A stretch of 64,000 bases of DNA from contig CAVVUS010000008.1 in the NCBI GenBank assembly GCA_963751345.1, positions 8,720 to 72,719 of the forward strand, written 5' to 3'. Each line of letters starts with the position of its first letter. Position 1 is the first letter of the stretch. This DNA comes from an uncultured Chloroflexia bacterium. Its GTDB lineage: Bacteria; Chloroflexota; Anaerolineae; B4-G1; SLSP01. Of the stretch, positions 21,298-32,743 are shown piece by piece. A model generated the notes under the pieces. The model saw only the letters and a list, made by a program, of their open reading frames with translations, was not told the DNA's origin and did not search any database. The position numbers were made by a program, and so were the translations under genes.

Positions 21298-21585
21298 ATG
21301 GCGGAGAAGACAATCGAGATACGATTATCCGAGCCACTGTCGCGGTATGGCCTGGATCAGGACGAGATCCAGCGTCGTGTTGCGGAATGGATCGTGCTTT
21401 CGCTGTTCACCGAGGATCGGATCTCTTCGGGTAAGGCCGCTCAGCTTCTCGGTATCTCTCGTGTGGAGTTCCTTGCCCTTCTGCGGGCACAGAGAATCGC
21501 CTACATTGACTACACGAGGGCGGAGCTCGAGGAAGAACTCGCCGCCGCAGAATCGCTGCAGCCAGCCGAACCCCATCCGCAATGA
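21298..21585 (+). CDS. UPF0175 family putative antitoxin
   Basis: LF...ISSGKAAQLLGISRVEFL...Y...EL.EE; GGAGG RBS before ATG 21298; ATGA overlap with the next gene. Confidence 0.85.
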   Translation: MAEKTIEIRLSEPLSRYGLDQDEIQRRVAEWIVLSLFTEDRISSGKAAQLLGISRVEFLALLRAQRIAYIDYTRAELEEELAAAESLQPAEPHPQ

Positions 21586-22067
21586 TTGTGGTCTCCAACA
21601 CGACGCCGCTGATCGGCCTGGCTGTGTTGGGGCGCTTTGACTACCTAAGGCGTCTCTTCGGCGAGATATACATTGCTCATGCTGTGTACGCCGAGGCCGT
21701 TATGGCGGGTCGCGAGGCTGGTGGCGCCAGACGCGAGGTCTCCGAGGCTGACTGGATTCATCGTGTGAGGGTCACGGATCGTCTGGCGGTAGAGGTCTTG
21801 CTGGACGAACTAGATCTAGGTGAGGCGGAGACCATCGTACTGGCCCGGGAACTCGACGTTGACTGGGTGCTGATGGATGAGAAGAAAGGACGCCGCAAGG
21901 TGTCTGAGATGGGGCTCAACAGAGTTGGCACGGTTGGACTGCTCTTGAGGGCGAAGCAGCTGGGATGGTTGCCGGCACTTCGCCCTGAACTGGAACGTCT
22001 TCGCACTGAAGGGTTCAGCCTGAGTCAGCGCGTGATGAACGCGGTCTTGGAGCAGGCCGGCGAGTAG
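21582..22067 (+). CDS. DUF3368 PIN-domain protein (putative toxin)
   Basis: MIVVSNTTPLI, LDLGEAETIVLA, LMDEKKGR, GTVGLL. Confidence 0.88.
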   Translation: MIVVSNTTPLIGLAVLGRFDYLRRLFGEIYIAHAVYAEAVMAGREAGGARREVSEADWIHRVRVTDRLAVEVLLDELDLGEAETIVLARELDVDWVLMDEKKGRRKVSEMGLNRVGTVGLLLRAKQLGWLPALRPELERLRTEGFSLSQRVMNAVLEQAGE

Positions 22068-22151
22068 GGTCGCGGACCGGAAGACATTATGGCAGGCTGG
22101 AGCCATACTAGCAGTTCTCCTGTCGACCGCTCTTCGAGGAAAGGATCCTCA

Positions 22152-23683
22152 ATGCCCCAACCTAATATCGTCTTCATCATGGCCGACCAACTCGCAGCAG
22201 CCATGCTCCACTGTTACGGCGGCACGGTCGACTCGACGCCGACTCTCGATCGCCTGGCTGCTGACGGCGTGCGTTTCGATCGTTGCTACGCAACGCACCC
22301 GGTCTGTGCGCCCAACCGCGCCACGATCCTGACCGGGCGCTCTTCGTGCATCCACGGCATCATCACCAACAACTATACGCTCTTGCCGGACAACACGACC
22401 TACGCCCAGGTGCTGCAGGCGCTTGGGTACCGGACCGGTGGCTTCGGCAAGTTTCACCAGACACCGATGCATACCCCTGTGCCCGAGAGCCTGACTTACC
22501 TGGGATTCGGTGAGTCTACCGTGACCGAGGACCCCAAGTGGCCGTGGCTCGACTGGGTCGCTCGCGAGCATCCCGAGCACTACGAAGCGGCGCTGGCGAT
22601 GTGCTGGGACTGGCCCAACCATCCCTCTGACCCTCGCATCGGTGACCGGGCCGAGGCGCGCCGCAAGCACCTTCAGAGCCTCGTTGACGCCGAGCCCTGG
22701 CCCCTGATGCACGCCTCGCCACTCCCGCCCGAGGTTCACGACACGACCTACATCACCGAGCTCGGGCTCGATTTCATGCAGCGCCACCTGGCTGAGCACG
22801 GCGACCAGCCCTTTTTCTGCCACATCTCGTACGTGGACCCGCACGACCCCTACGACCCGCCGGAGCCCTATGCGAGCATGTTCGACCCCGACGCTATGCC
22901 TGAGCCCCTACCCGCGGAGTGGCTGGACGGAGACTATCCCGACCTTGGCCCGGGGTCACCGCGAGTTTCCGGGCTTCCACGACGTCTACGACAAGCCCGA
23001 GGTGATGCGGCGCTTGCGCGCGCTCTACCACGGCTCGCTGCGCTATATGGACGATCAGATCGCGCGGGTCATCGCGTTCCTGCGGGAAAATGGCCTGTGG
23101 GAGAACACCATCCTGGTCTTCACCACCGACCACGGCGACATGCTGGGCGATCACGCGCTGATCACCAAGGGGGTCAAGCCCTACGACACCGGCATCCGCG
23201 TGCCGCTCATCGTGGCGGGTGCGGGAATCGCCACGGGCCGTGCCAACCGGCTGACGTGTACGCTTGACTTCTACCCGACCTTCTGCGACTGGGCCGACGT
23301 GCCCGACGCTGCGCGTCCACCGCTGGAGGGCCGCTCCTTCGCCCCGGTCGCCGCGGGGCAACCCGATCCCGCGCCGTGGCCCGAGGTGCTCGGTGAGCTA
23401 CGGTGGCGTTCAGACGGTTATCAGCGAGGACGGCTGGCGGCTCACACGTTTCCCCGAGGACGAGAAGGGCCAGCTCTTCAACCTGGTCGAGGATCCTGAG
23501 GAGCAGCACAATCGCTATGACGACCCGACCTACACGACGGTGCGGCAGCGGCTGCTCGAGCAGCTCGTAAGGGCGATGGGCCGTCCCGGCACGGTCCCTC
23601 ACTACCGAAACATGCCCGTGGTCGGCGGGGCCAAGCGCTTTCCGGTGGGTGGTCAGTTTCAGGGAGAGGTGCCGGTTTACTGA
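22152..23683 (+). CDS. Cys-type sulfatase (frameshifts near 22935 and 23390)
   Basis: PNIVFIMADQ, CAPNRA (CxPxR), GKFH, DPHDPY, TTDHGDMLG, RVPLI, LFNL.EDPEE. Confidence 0.9.
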
Positions 23684-23911
23684 TGAGTCCCATGGGGCAT
23701 CCCATCCCCGGCGGCATCCTGATTAGGCGAACTGGTACGGGCGAGCTCCGGGCGTCGCGATAGTGATTCATTTGAAGTATGACAACGGGAGTGCCTCGCC
23801 CTCACGATACGTCGTTATCCACGGGTGCGGAAGTCGTGCGCAACTTGCAGCCCTGCCCACCCACGGTACCCTATTCCTCATCACCTATCCCTAGTCCCGG
23901 AGGACACATCA

Positions 23912-25247
23912 ATGGTCAAGATCACCTTTATGGGCGCGGGCAGCACCGTCTTCGCCAAGAACGTGCTCGGCGACAGCATGCTGAGCGAGCCGCTGCGCGA
24001 CGCACAGATCGCGCTCTACGACATCGACGGCGACCGCCTGCGCGAGTCCAAGCTGATGCTGGACGCGATCAACCGCAACGTCAACGAAGGCCGCGCGGCG
24101 ATTACGACCTACCTCGGCATCCCGGAGCGCAAGGCGGCGCTCGACGGTGCGAACTACGTCGTCAACGCGATCCAGGTCGGCGGCTACGAGCCGTCTACCG
24201 TCATCGACTTCGAGGTGCCCAAGCGCTTCGGGCTGCGCCAGACCATCGGCGACACGCTGGGCATCGGCGGCATCTTCCGCGCGCTGCGCACGATCCCGGT
24301 CTGTCTGGACTTCGCGCACGATATGGAGGAGGTCTGCCCCGACGCCTGGTTCCTCAACTACGTCAACCCGATGGCGATGATCACCGGCGCGATGCTGCGC
24401 GGGTCGAGCATCAAGACGGTGGGCTTGTGTCACTCGGTCCAGGCCTGCGCTCAGCACCTACTCGGGCATCTCGATATGCTCGACGACGTCAAGGCACTGC
24501 AGTGGAGCATCGCCGGGATCAACCACCAGGGGTGGCTGCTGGAGATCACCGATGGCGGCAAGGATCTCTACCCGGAGATCAAACGTCGTGCGAAGATGCT
24601 CAACGACGCCGCGCTGAACGGCACGGGCGAGAAGCACTGGGACATGGTCCGTTTCGCGCTGATGGAGACCTTTGGCTACTACGTGACCGAGTCGTCGGAG
24701 CACAGCGCCGAGTACATGCCCTACTGGATCAAGAGCCAGTACCCGGAGCTGATCGAGCGGTACAATATCCCGCTCGACGAATACCCGCGGCGCTGCATCC
24801 GCCAGATCGCGGACTGGAAGGAGCGGAGCAAGGAGTTGGTCGAGAACCCCAGCCTGACCCACAGTCGCACGCACGAGTACGGGTCGTACATCATGGAGGC
24901 CATGGAGACCGATGTGCCCTTCCGGATCGGCGGCAACGTGATGAACACGGGGCTGATCCCCAACCTGCCGCAGAAGGCCGTGGTCGAGGTGCCGTGTATG
25001 GTGGACCGCAACGGCGTCCAGGGCTGCTACGTCGGCGACCTGCCCGAGCAGCTCGCGGCGCTCAACCGGACCAACATCAACGTGCAGCTCCTCACGATCG
25101 AGGCGGCTCTCACGCACAAGCGCGACACCGTCTACCACGCTGCGATGCTCGACCCGCACACCGAGCTCGGAGCTGACGCTCGACCAGATCCGCGCGCTCT
25201 GCGACGCGCTGATCGAGGCGCACGGGATGGAGGATCAGTTCACCTAG
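23912..25247 (+). CDS. melA: Family 4 glycoside hydrolase, alpha-galactosidase (frameshift near 25170)
   Basis: KITFMGAGS, QTIGDTLGIGG, NYVNP, GLCHSVQ, AGINH, ESSEH.AEY, IPLDEYPRRC; GGAGG RBS; alternative frame ends at TAG 25247. Confidence 0.88.
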
Positions 25248-25291
25248 TTCCAGATCACGGCAACTCCCCGGGAAAGCTCCTCAGTGTTCAC

Positions 25292-25376
25292 CGTTCCAGG
25301 GGGATCTTGCCCCGAGGTGCTGAGCGTGGTCCGCCGGCTGCACGTGGAGCCGGCGGATCACAGATCCGCCTGGAAC
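25292..25376. repeat. Palindromic repeat family B (GGCGGATC-nnn-GATCCGCC..GGAAC), copy 1
   Basis: ggcggatc-aca-gatccgcc-tggaac at 25352-25376 plus degenerate inverted partner gttccagggggatc at 25293; matches 44284-44316. Confidence 0.6.
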
Positions 25377-25521
25377 AGAGATGAGCGAGGATCTCTCCTG
25401 AGAGGCTGCCCTGATCCGGCACGAGTCCTCGATCGGCACCCTCTCATTGTCCTTTCCCTCCCTCTATTTTCCGCTATAATGATGTTATTAACCACCGTAC
25501 AACATCCGAAGGGAGTGGACG

Positions 25522-26462
25522 ATGGCGGACAATGCGGTCAGTGTGAGCGGCCTGCACAAGGACTACGGCGAGGTCCAGGCTGTGCAAGGCATCGATTTCA
25601 CCATCGAGCAGGGCGAGATCTTCTCGCTGCTTGGACCCAATGGGGCAGGGAAGACCACCACGATTCTGATGATCGCCGGGCTCCTATCGCCCACGGCGGG
25701 CGAGATCATGGTCGTGGGCCACTCGGTGCGCACCGCTCCGATGGAGGTCAAGGCTGCGCTTGGCGTGGTACCACAAGAGGTCGCCATCTACGACGATCTG
25801 ACGGCCCGCGAGAACCTGATGTTCTGGGGCAGGATGTATGGGATCCGCGGCGAAGAACTCCATCGCCGTGTGGAGAGCGTCCTCGATCTGGTCCAGCTCG
25901 CCGACCGGCAGAATCAGCGCACCGGCAAGTACTCCGGCGGGATGCGCAGACGCCTGAATATCGGGGTGGCGCTGCTGCACCGCCCCGCGTCATGATCCTG
26001 GATGAGCCTACCGTGGGCATCGACCCCCAAAGCCGACGGAATATCCTCGATGGGATCAAGGCCTTCAACGAAGACGGTATGACCGTCCTCTATACGACGC
26101 ACTATATGGAGGAGGCGCAGGAGCTTTCCGACCACATCGCTATCATGGACCACGGGCAGATCATCGCGCGGGGCACGCACCAGGAGCTGGTCGAGATGGT
26201 TGGTGAGCACGATCGCCTGACCCTGCGGGTTACCGAGGCGCAGCCGTCGCTGCTCGACGGCTGGCGCGAGGTCGAAGGGGTGAAGGGGCTCTCGATCGAG
26301 GACGGGACGGTGACGGCTCTGGTGGATGACAGCAACCTTGTTCTCCCCAGGCTCTTCGATCTGGCGCGGGATGCCGGGATTCGCATTCTATCCGTGGAGA
26401 TCGACGAGCCGAATCTGGAGACGGTCTTCCTGCACTTGACCGGTCGCGCGCTGCGGGATTAG
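25522..26462 (+). CDS. ABC-2 exporter ATP-binding protein (frameshift near 25985)
   Basis: Walker A GPNGAGKT, signature YSGGM, Walker B ILDEPT, YTTHYMEE, PNLETVFL; TATAAT at 25475-25480 upstream. Confidence 0.92.
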
Positions 26463-26471
26463 GGGGCGGTT

Positions 26472-27752
26472 ATGAAGAGCGACCTTCGTACCGCCGTCGA
26501 TATCGCCCTGCGCGATATGCTCCGCTCGGCGCGCAGCCTCTTCGCGGTGGTGTTCGCGTTCGTCGTCCCGCTGACCCTCGTCGGTATCATGTATCTCGTC
26601 CTCGGCGGTCTGTCCAGCGGGGACTCGACGCTTCCGCGCGTCAGGGTCGATGTGGTGAATCTCGATACCCAGACGGTGGGAAGCCTTCTCGTCGATCTAC
26701 TCCAGAGCCAAGACCTCGCCGACATCCTCGACACGACAGTGGTCGCCGACGAGGCCACTGCGCGGGCCGCGGTCGACGCGGGGCAGGCTGCGGTCGCCGT
26801 CATCTTGCCCGCGGATCTGTCGGTGGTGATGTCGGCAGCCGGCGGAGGCCACGCCGTTGTGCGCATCATCCAGGATCCGACGTTGACCATCGGTCCGGGC
26901 ATTGTACGGTCCATCGTCGGTCAGTTCCTCGATGGCTTCAGTGGAGCCCAGATCGCGGTGGAGATCCTGACCTCCAGCCTCCAGCGCGCCGGTGTCGCTC
27001 CCGGCCCGACTGTCATTCCGGCAGCCGTGAACGACTATGCGGCGTGGGCACAGGCCACCGGCACGGGTCTGCGCGACGGGCAGACTGCATTCGCGGCTGT
27101 TGAGCAGGTGATCGCGGCCGAGACGTCCGGTCCCCTCGGCGGGGCGCTCTCCGGTATGATGGCCGCGATGCTGGTGGTCTACGTCTTCTACACCGGGTCT
27201 GCCGCGGCGCAGTCGATTCTTAGAGAGGAAGGGGAGGGGACCCTGCAGCGCCTCTTCATGGCGCCGGTCACCGTCTCAACGGTGCTCGTGGGCAAAGTGC
27301 TCGGTTCTGTGTTGACCCTCGTCGCCCAGATCGTCGTGCTGCTGATCGTGTCTGGCCTGGTGTTCGGCATCGCGTGGGGTGCGCCACTGCCTATGTTGCT
27401 CGCGGCGCTGGGGCTGGTCGCGGTAGCTTCGACCTTTGGCATCTTCGTGATGTCGTTCGTGACCCATGAGAGTCAGGTGGGCGTGGTCTACGGCGCCGTG
27501 ATGACGATTACCGGACTCTTCGGCACCTATGCCTACTTCCTGCCGCTGCCGGATGCGTTCCGCCGCTATGCCTTGCTCGTGCCGCAGGGGTGGGCGATGC
27601 GTGCGTGGGCGCTCGTCGTCAACGGCGGTGGCGTCAACGGCGATCTGCTGCTCTCCGTGGGGGTATGTGTGGGATTGGCGGCGCTCTTTCTCGTGGTGGG
27701 GGCGGCGCGTTTTCGGCGCCGTTTCGCGCGCTTTGCCGGCGCGGCTGTGTAA
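26472..27752 (+). CDS. ABC-2 type transporter permease
   Basis: N-terminal TM, large external loop, E..GTLQRL..P....GK, five further TMs, PQGWA. Confidence 0.88.
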   Translation: MKSDLRTAVDIALRDMLRSARSLFAVVFAFVVPLTLVGIMYLVLGGLSSGDSTLPRVRVDVVNLDTQTVGSLLVDLLQSQDLADILDTTVVADEATARAAVDAGQAAVAVILPADLSVVMSAAGGGHAVVRIIQDPTLTIGPGIVRSIVGQFLDGFSGAQIAVEILTSSLQRAGVAPGPTVIPAAVNDYAAWAQATGTGLRDGQTAFAAVEQVIAAETSGPLGGALSGMMAAMLVVYVFYTGSAAAQSILREEGEGTLQRLFMAPVTVSTVLVGKVLGSVLTLVAQIVVLLIVSGLVFGIAWGAPLPMLLAALGLVAVASTFGIFVMSFVTHESQVGVVYGAVMTITGLFGTYAYFLPLPDAFRRYALLVPQGWAMRAWALVVNGGGVNGDLLLSVGVCVGLAALFLVVGAARFRRRFARFAGAAV

Positions 27753-27761
27753 GGGGGGGCG

Positions 27762-28985
27762 ATGAAGATTCTCGATATCGTGATCAAGGATCTCCGACAG
27801 ACGGTGACGACCTGGCAGACGCCCATCTTCCTGGTGATCATGCCCATTCTCTTCACAGTCTTCTTTGGTATCGCCTTCTCGGGTGCGGCGAACACCGATC
27901 CTAGAGCGGCTGTGGCTGTGGTGAATGCGGACACGGGACGTCTCAGCGACGCGCTGGTGGCGATGGTAGCGAACTCCACGATCGTGCGGCCCGTCGAAGT
28001 GGCGGACACCAGCATCACAGGCCTCAGGTCCGCTATCCTCAACGGTGACTTGGCGGGGGCGCTGGTGATTCCGGTGGGCTACACGGACGCGGTGTTGGCC
28101 AACAACGCAGAGGCGGATCTGCGAACTCGGATTCTGTATGATCCCGGCGAACAGGCCGGGCAGGCGGCCGGAAATGACATGCAGAAGGCGCTTCTACGTG
28201 TGCTCGGCGCTGCGGAGGCCGCCAGGATCGCGGCAGATGCGCCGGGTATGAGTTTCGCCGATAGCGCGAGCCGTACGGCCTTCCTGGAGGATGCCGCCTC
28301 GGCGGCCCTGAATGCGTGGAACGACCCGCCGGTCACCATCGCCGTGGAGCTCGGTGGACAGCCATCGCAGGAGGGCGGGCTCAGCAACGCTTACGCGCAG
28401 TCGTCCCCGGGGATGATGCTGCAGTTCGGCATCAGCGGCGTGATGAGCTCGGCCATCCTGTTGGTCTCCGAGCGCAAGAAGCGGACGCTTCAGCGGCTGC
28501 TCTCGACGGCGACACACCGCTCTGAGATCGTCGCGGGCAAGCTGCTCGCGGCCTTTGTCCTCATCTTCGGCCAGATGCTGCTTCTGACAGGTTTCGGCCA
28601 ACTCGTCTACGGCCTGCCCTACTACAGTCACCCGGTAGCCCTGCTGCTGCTCAACGGCGTCTTTGCCGCCACGGTTGCCTGCATGGGGCTGCTCGTTGGG
28701 GCCATTGCCAGGAACGAAGAGGTCGTCATCATCCTGACGCTGATCCCGACCTTTATTCTGGCGGCATTGGGCGGGGCCTGGGTTCCGCTTGAGATCATGC
28801 CGCAGGGCGTGCGCGCCTTCGCGAAGATCGTGACGCCGACGGCCTGGGCGATGGAGGCATACCAGGATCTGATCGTCCGGGGTCTGGGTCTGCATGCTGT
28901 GTCACCGGCGCTGGGCGTGATGGCCCTCTGGGCCGCGGGGTTCTTTGCCGTGGCCCTCTGGCGGCTCCGGTTTGTCGAAGGCTGA
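27762..28985 (+). CDS. ABC-2 type transporter permease
   Basis: KDL, ERKKRTLQRLL, LGGAWVP...MP, PTAWA motifs. Confidence 0.88.
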   Translation: MKILDIVIKDLRQTVTTWQTPIFLVIMPILFTVFFGIAFSGAANTDPRAAVAVVNADTGRLSDALVAMVANSTIVRPVEVADTSITGLRSAILNGDLAGALVIPVGYTDAVLANNAEADLRTRILYDPGEQAGQAAGNDMQKALLRVLGAAEAARIAADAPGMSFADSASRTAFLEDAASAALNAWNDPPVTIAVELGGQPSQEGGLSNAYAQSSPGMMLQFGISGVMSSAILLVSERKKRTLQRLLSTATHRSEIVAGKLLAAFVLIFGQMLLLTGFGQLVYGLPYYSHPVALLLLNGVFAATVACMGLLVGAIARNEEVVIILTLIPTFILAALGGAWVPLEIMPQGVRAFAKIVTPTAWAMEAYQDLIVRGLGLHAVSPALGVMALWAAGFFAVALWRLRFVEG

Positions 28986-28994
28986 GCCGGCAGC

Positions 28995-29690
28995 TCAGCC
29001 CTTTGGCGGGTCCGGCGAGCCATTGGAAGTGGCGAGGTGATATAGCGCTGCCGCTGTTTCCTCCGGCGTCTCGAACGAGTTATCGTAGAAGCAGGCCTTG
29101 ACGGCATCCGGCGCGCAGAGATAGTCTTGGTAGAACCGCAGCACCCAGTATTCGGGCGTCGTCTTGGGCCAGCAGTCGCGTGTCGCGTTGCGCTCCAGCA
29201 GGATGGACTCATCGGGCATCAGGACGACGACCTTGTGTGGGATTCCCCGTTCGCCCAGCCACGTCTCGTAGCGCCGGACAACCTCGGGCACGACCACGTG
29301 CGCAATCGCCACAGGCTTGCCGAGGCGCGCGATCCCTTCCGCCATCGTGAGGAGGTAGGAGTGGATCTCGTTGAAGTCGACGTGTCGGCCCTCCTCCGCT
29401 TTCCGGCTCTCCAGGACCCAGTCGCCGTCGATCTGGACGAACCCATATCGTTCTGCAAGCAGGTACGAGAGTGTCGTCTTGCCGCTGGCACAGGACCCGC
29501 TGATGACGAGCACCGGCGCGGGCGGTCGATCGGCTGTGCACGTCGCCGGGTCGAAGTGTGCCGTGGCGCCGCAGTCTGCACACCGGGGATCAAAGCGCTT
29601 CGAGCGAGCGTTGAAGAGCCCCTCGCGGTACCAGGTGATGCCGCGCGCGTCGAGGTCGCCGCATTGGGGACAGGTCCAGCCCGTTCGCAT
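28995..29690 (-). CDS. P-loop kinase (AAA_33-like) with N-terminal zinc ribbon
   Basis: CPQC...CADC then ISGSCASGKT, IDGD, lid-like ERNATR; GGAGG RBS before ATG 29690. Confidence 0.75.
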   Translation of the reverse strand: MRTGWTCPQCGDLDARGITWYREGLFNARSKRFDPRCADCGATAHFDPATCTADRPPAPVLVISGSCASGKTTLSYLLAERYGFVQIDGDWVLESRKAEEGRHVDFNEIHSYLLTMAEGIARLGKPVAIAHVVVPEVVRRYETWLGERGIPHKVVVLMPDESILLERNATRDCWPKTTPEYWVLRFYQDYLCAPDAVKACFYDNSFETPEETAAALYHLATSNGSPDPPKG

Positions 29691-29880
29691 CAAATCCGCC
29701 TCCGTCGTGGTTGGGATGCGGTGCGAGCATAGCCCGTCGTGACTGCGCGTCAAGTTCCGGGGACGCATCTCGGTGGCCTGTAGCGGCGGAAGCGCGTTGT
29801 CCGGCATGCCCTCGATTGGAGCCTGATCAGACAAGCCGTTAGCACTCGTATAGTGTCCACCAATTCGGGGGAACCTCTGT

Positions 29881-29909
29881 TTGCGCGTCCCGCCGATGCT
29901 GCGTATAGT
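29881..29909 (+). promoter_or_regulatory. Putative sigma70 promoter of the GH38 gene
   Basis: TTGCGC-17 nt-TATAGT. Confidence 0.5.
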
Positions 29910-29952
29910 TAGCCCGGCAACCAAGCGACGATTCACCCACGGAGGCGACCCG

Positions 29953-32490
29953 ATGAACATGCAACAGCTCCCCGGCACCTGATCCCCTTCGACGCCGGCT
30001 CGGCATTCCTGACGACGCGAAGCACGTTCTGGTCTTCACCGAGTCGAGCCATTGGGATCCCAACTGGTTGCAGACGTCGAAGGCCTACTTCGATCGCTTT
30101 GTGCGCACCAACCTCGACCAGGCGATCGCAGCGCTGCAGGCGGAGCCACGGCGTGTCTACGGCGTGGAGTGCATGTTCTTCCTGCGGATGTACTGGGAGC
30201 GCTTCCCGGAACGGCGCGACGCCGTCCGGGCGCTGGTCAACGCCGGGCGGCTGCGACTCACCGGAAGTGGGGTGACGACCGCCGACACGCTATTGCCCAG
30301 CGCAGAGGCGCTTCTGCGCGACTTTCTGATCGGGCAGGAGTGGCTCCGCGCGAACGGGATGGACCAGACCCCGACGCTGGCCTACTTCACCGACAGCTTT
30401 GGTGCCTCGCCTATGTTGCCGTCGCTGCTGCGAGCGTCAGGCTTCGACCGCACGACGATCACGCGCGTCGATGGGATGGCCTTCATCGGCAGTGACCTGG
30501 AATCGTCGAAGCGCTTCCCGCGGCCCGGGTCGAGTGCCGAGCGTCTGCTGGAGAAGGAGCGTTCCCTCGACTTCGTCTGGCGCGACGGCAATGGTGCCGA
30601 GGTGCTCTGTCACTGGAATGCCTTCACTTACGGACAGGGCGATATGCTCGCGTATCGTGGCCTGAGCCGCGTCTACCTCGTCCGGTTCGCCTTCCCGGCA
30701 CGATCCGACCGGCACGTTGCACGGCGTATCCGGCAGTATGTCGACGACCTTGCACCTCATAGCCGGACCCCGTATATGCTCTGCCCTATCGGCTTCGACT
30801 TTGTTGAGCCGATCCCTGATCTCGTCGAGCTTCTCGACCGGTACAACCGCAATCACTACGCAGACACCGGTGTGTGGGCGGTCAACGCCGGGCTGGACGA
30901 TTATATGGCGCTCATCGAGCCCTTCCGGGATGCGCTGCCCGTGGTGGCGCTCGACCCGAACCCGTACTGGACGGGGTTCTACGCCGCCAGGCCCGTCCTG
31001 AAGGCGCGATGCAGGAAGCTCGTGGATGACCTGGTGCTGGCGGAGCAGCTTTCGCTGGCGTCGGGTGACGTCATGGAGGCGCGCGGTGTATCGGAAGCGC
31101 TTGCGAGTGCGTGGTGGGCCGCGGTGACCTCCAACCACCACGACTTCATTACCGGCACCTCGCCCGACGAGGTCGTCGAGGAGGAGCAGCTCCCCTGGCT
31201 CGGCGAGGCGCAAGTCGAGGTGGATGCCGTGCTAGCGCGGCTTGGGGGCAGCGAGACGGCGCGGGCCGCCACTCGCGATGGCGATGCCATACGGGATGCC
31301 GGCGGGCCAGGTGCCGGGCACTCCGCCTCGGAAGGCGGAAAGTGCCAGGCACCGATGCTATCTGCGCGGAGCGGCACTCGTGGAGCCGGTGATCTGTCCT
31401 GGCGGATCGCGACCGGACGGCTCACCGTTGAGACCGCACACTACGTTGCCGAGCTGGACGAGACCGCCGGTGGGACCATCGTCAGCCTGCGCCTGCCCGG
31501 CATGGAGGCGTCACTCCTGGGTCCGGGCTCCAACGACCTCGTGACCTACCGTGATTCGGGTGGATTGTGGCGGATGGGGTATGAGTTCCGGGGTGGGACC
31601 TGGCGGGTGGCGTCGCGGGCCAGCGACACGCGGACCGAGTTGCAGGTGCGCGAGGATGCGTGGCGTCCTGGAGGTGACGTCGCTTGTGTCGCTCCGGCGG
31701 CGAGATGCTGATGCGCCGCGTGTGGTTCGACCCTGCTTCGCCCGTGATCCGCTGCCGAGCGGAGGGCATCGCCCCCGAGGGGCATACCGTGACCGTCCGA
31801 TTCGCCACCGGGTTGCCGGCCCAGGAGTTGGCGATGGATGCGCCGGGTGGTGTGGTCACGCGGCCTCTGACCAGGTATTACGAGCCGACCTTCTGGCCTC
31901 TGCAGCACTTCGTCCATCTCCGAGACCCTCAGTCCGGGCGCGGGCTGGCCCTGATGCAGCGACTGCCGGGCGCCGTCAGCGTCCAACCTGATGGCAGCGT
32001 CGAGTTGGTGGCATTCCGCAACGCACAACACGAGGTCGCCTACGGCCTGATTGGCCTGCCTGCCTGCCCGGCGCACGGCCACGAGCGGGAGCCGTATGGC
32101 TTTGACTATGCGCTCATCTTCACGGAGGCGGGCGACTGGCAGGCCAATGGCGTCGCCGAAGCGGTGCACGCTATGGTGAGCGGCGGGCCCTGGGACAGCG
32201 CCGATCGTCCGGTGCTGCGGCGCCTGGCCAGCAGTGTCGTCACGACCGACGCCGCGGGCGTGTGGGTGACGGCGGTGAAACCGGCGTCACGGGGTGAGGG
32301 TGTCATCGTTCGGCTCGCCAGCTCTGCGGTGCCCACTACGCCGGTGACCATCACAGCGCACACGCTGCCGGTCGTGCGGGCCTTCCTCTGCGACGCTCGC
32401 GAGCGCGACCTTGCGCCCCTCGAGGTCGTGGACGGCACGATCCGCGTGGAGATGCACGGCACCATCGCCACGCTGCGGCTACTGCCGTAG
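29953..32490 (+). CDS. Glycoside hydrolase family 38 (alpha-mannosidase)-like protein (frameshifts near 29985 and 31670)
   Basis: SHWDPNW (HxDxxW), FTDSFG, IGFDF, WTGFY, NHHDFITGTS, C-terminal AVKPA..G.GVIVRL; GGAGG RBS before ATG 29953. Confidence 0.85.
31310..31353. repeat. Palindromic repeat family C (GTGCCNGGCAC) inside the GH38 reading frame
   Basis: ggtgccgggcact-ccgcct-cgga-aggcgg-aa-agtgccaggcacc (12/13 outer stem, 6-bp inner stem). Confidence 0.7.
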
Positions 32491-32743
32491 CTTGCCCGGC
32501 ACCGGGGGCAATGCGGATAGCTGACGCGCACGCTCCACGCGTCATGGCTATCGTATTGGGACGTGCGAAAACCCTCCGGGAAGCCGCGAAGCGCGTTGCG
32601 ATGTAGGACCGCTTGCGACCCCGGGAAGGACTGCCGCTGAAGGGCCCTATGCAGCTTCGCGGAAGGTCAAGTGCGATCGCTCTGCTTTGCGCGTGCTTGC
32701 ATTGCCCGCCGAACCGGGTAAAGTCGAACGTAGGGAGGCGTCC

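Noticed and set aside
29839-29847. TTAGCACTC, half of a CIRCE operator
   Set aside because: The second half GAGTGCTAA is absent at 9-nt spacing and there are no chaperone genes nearby
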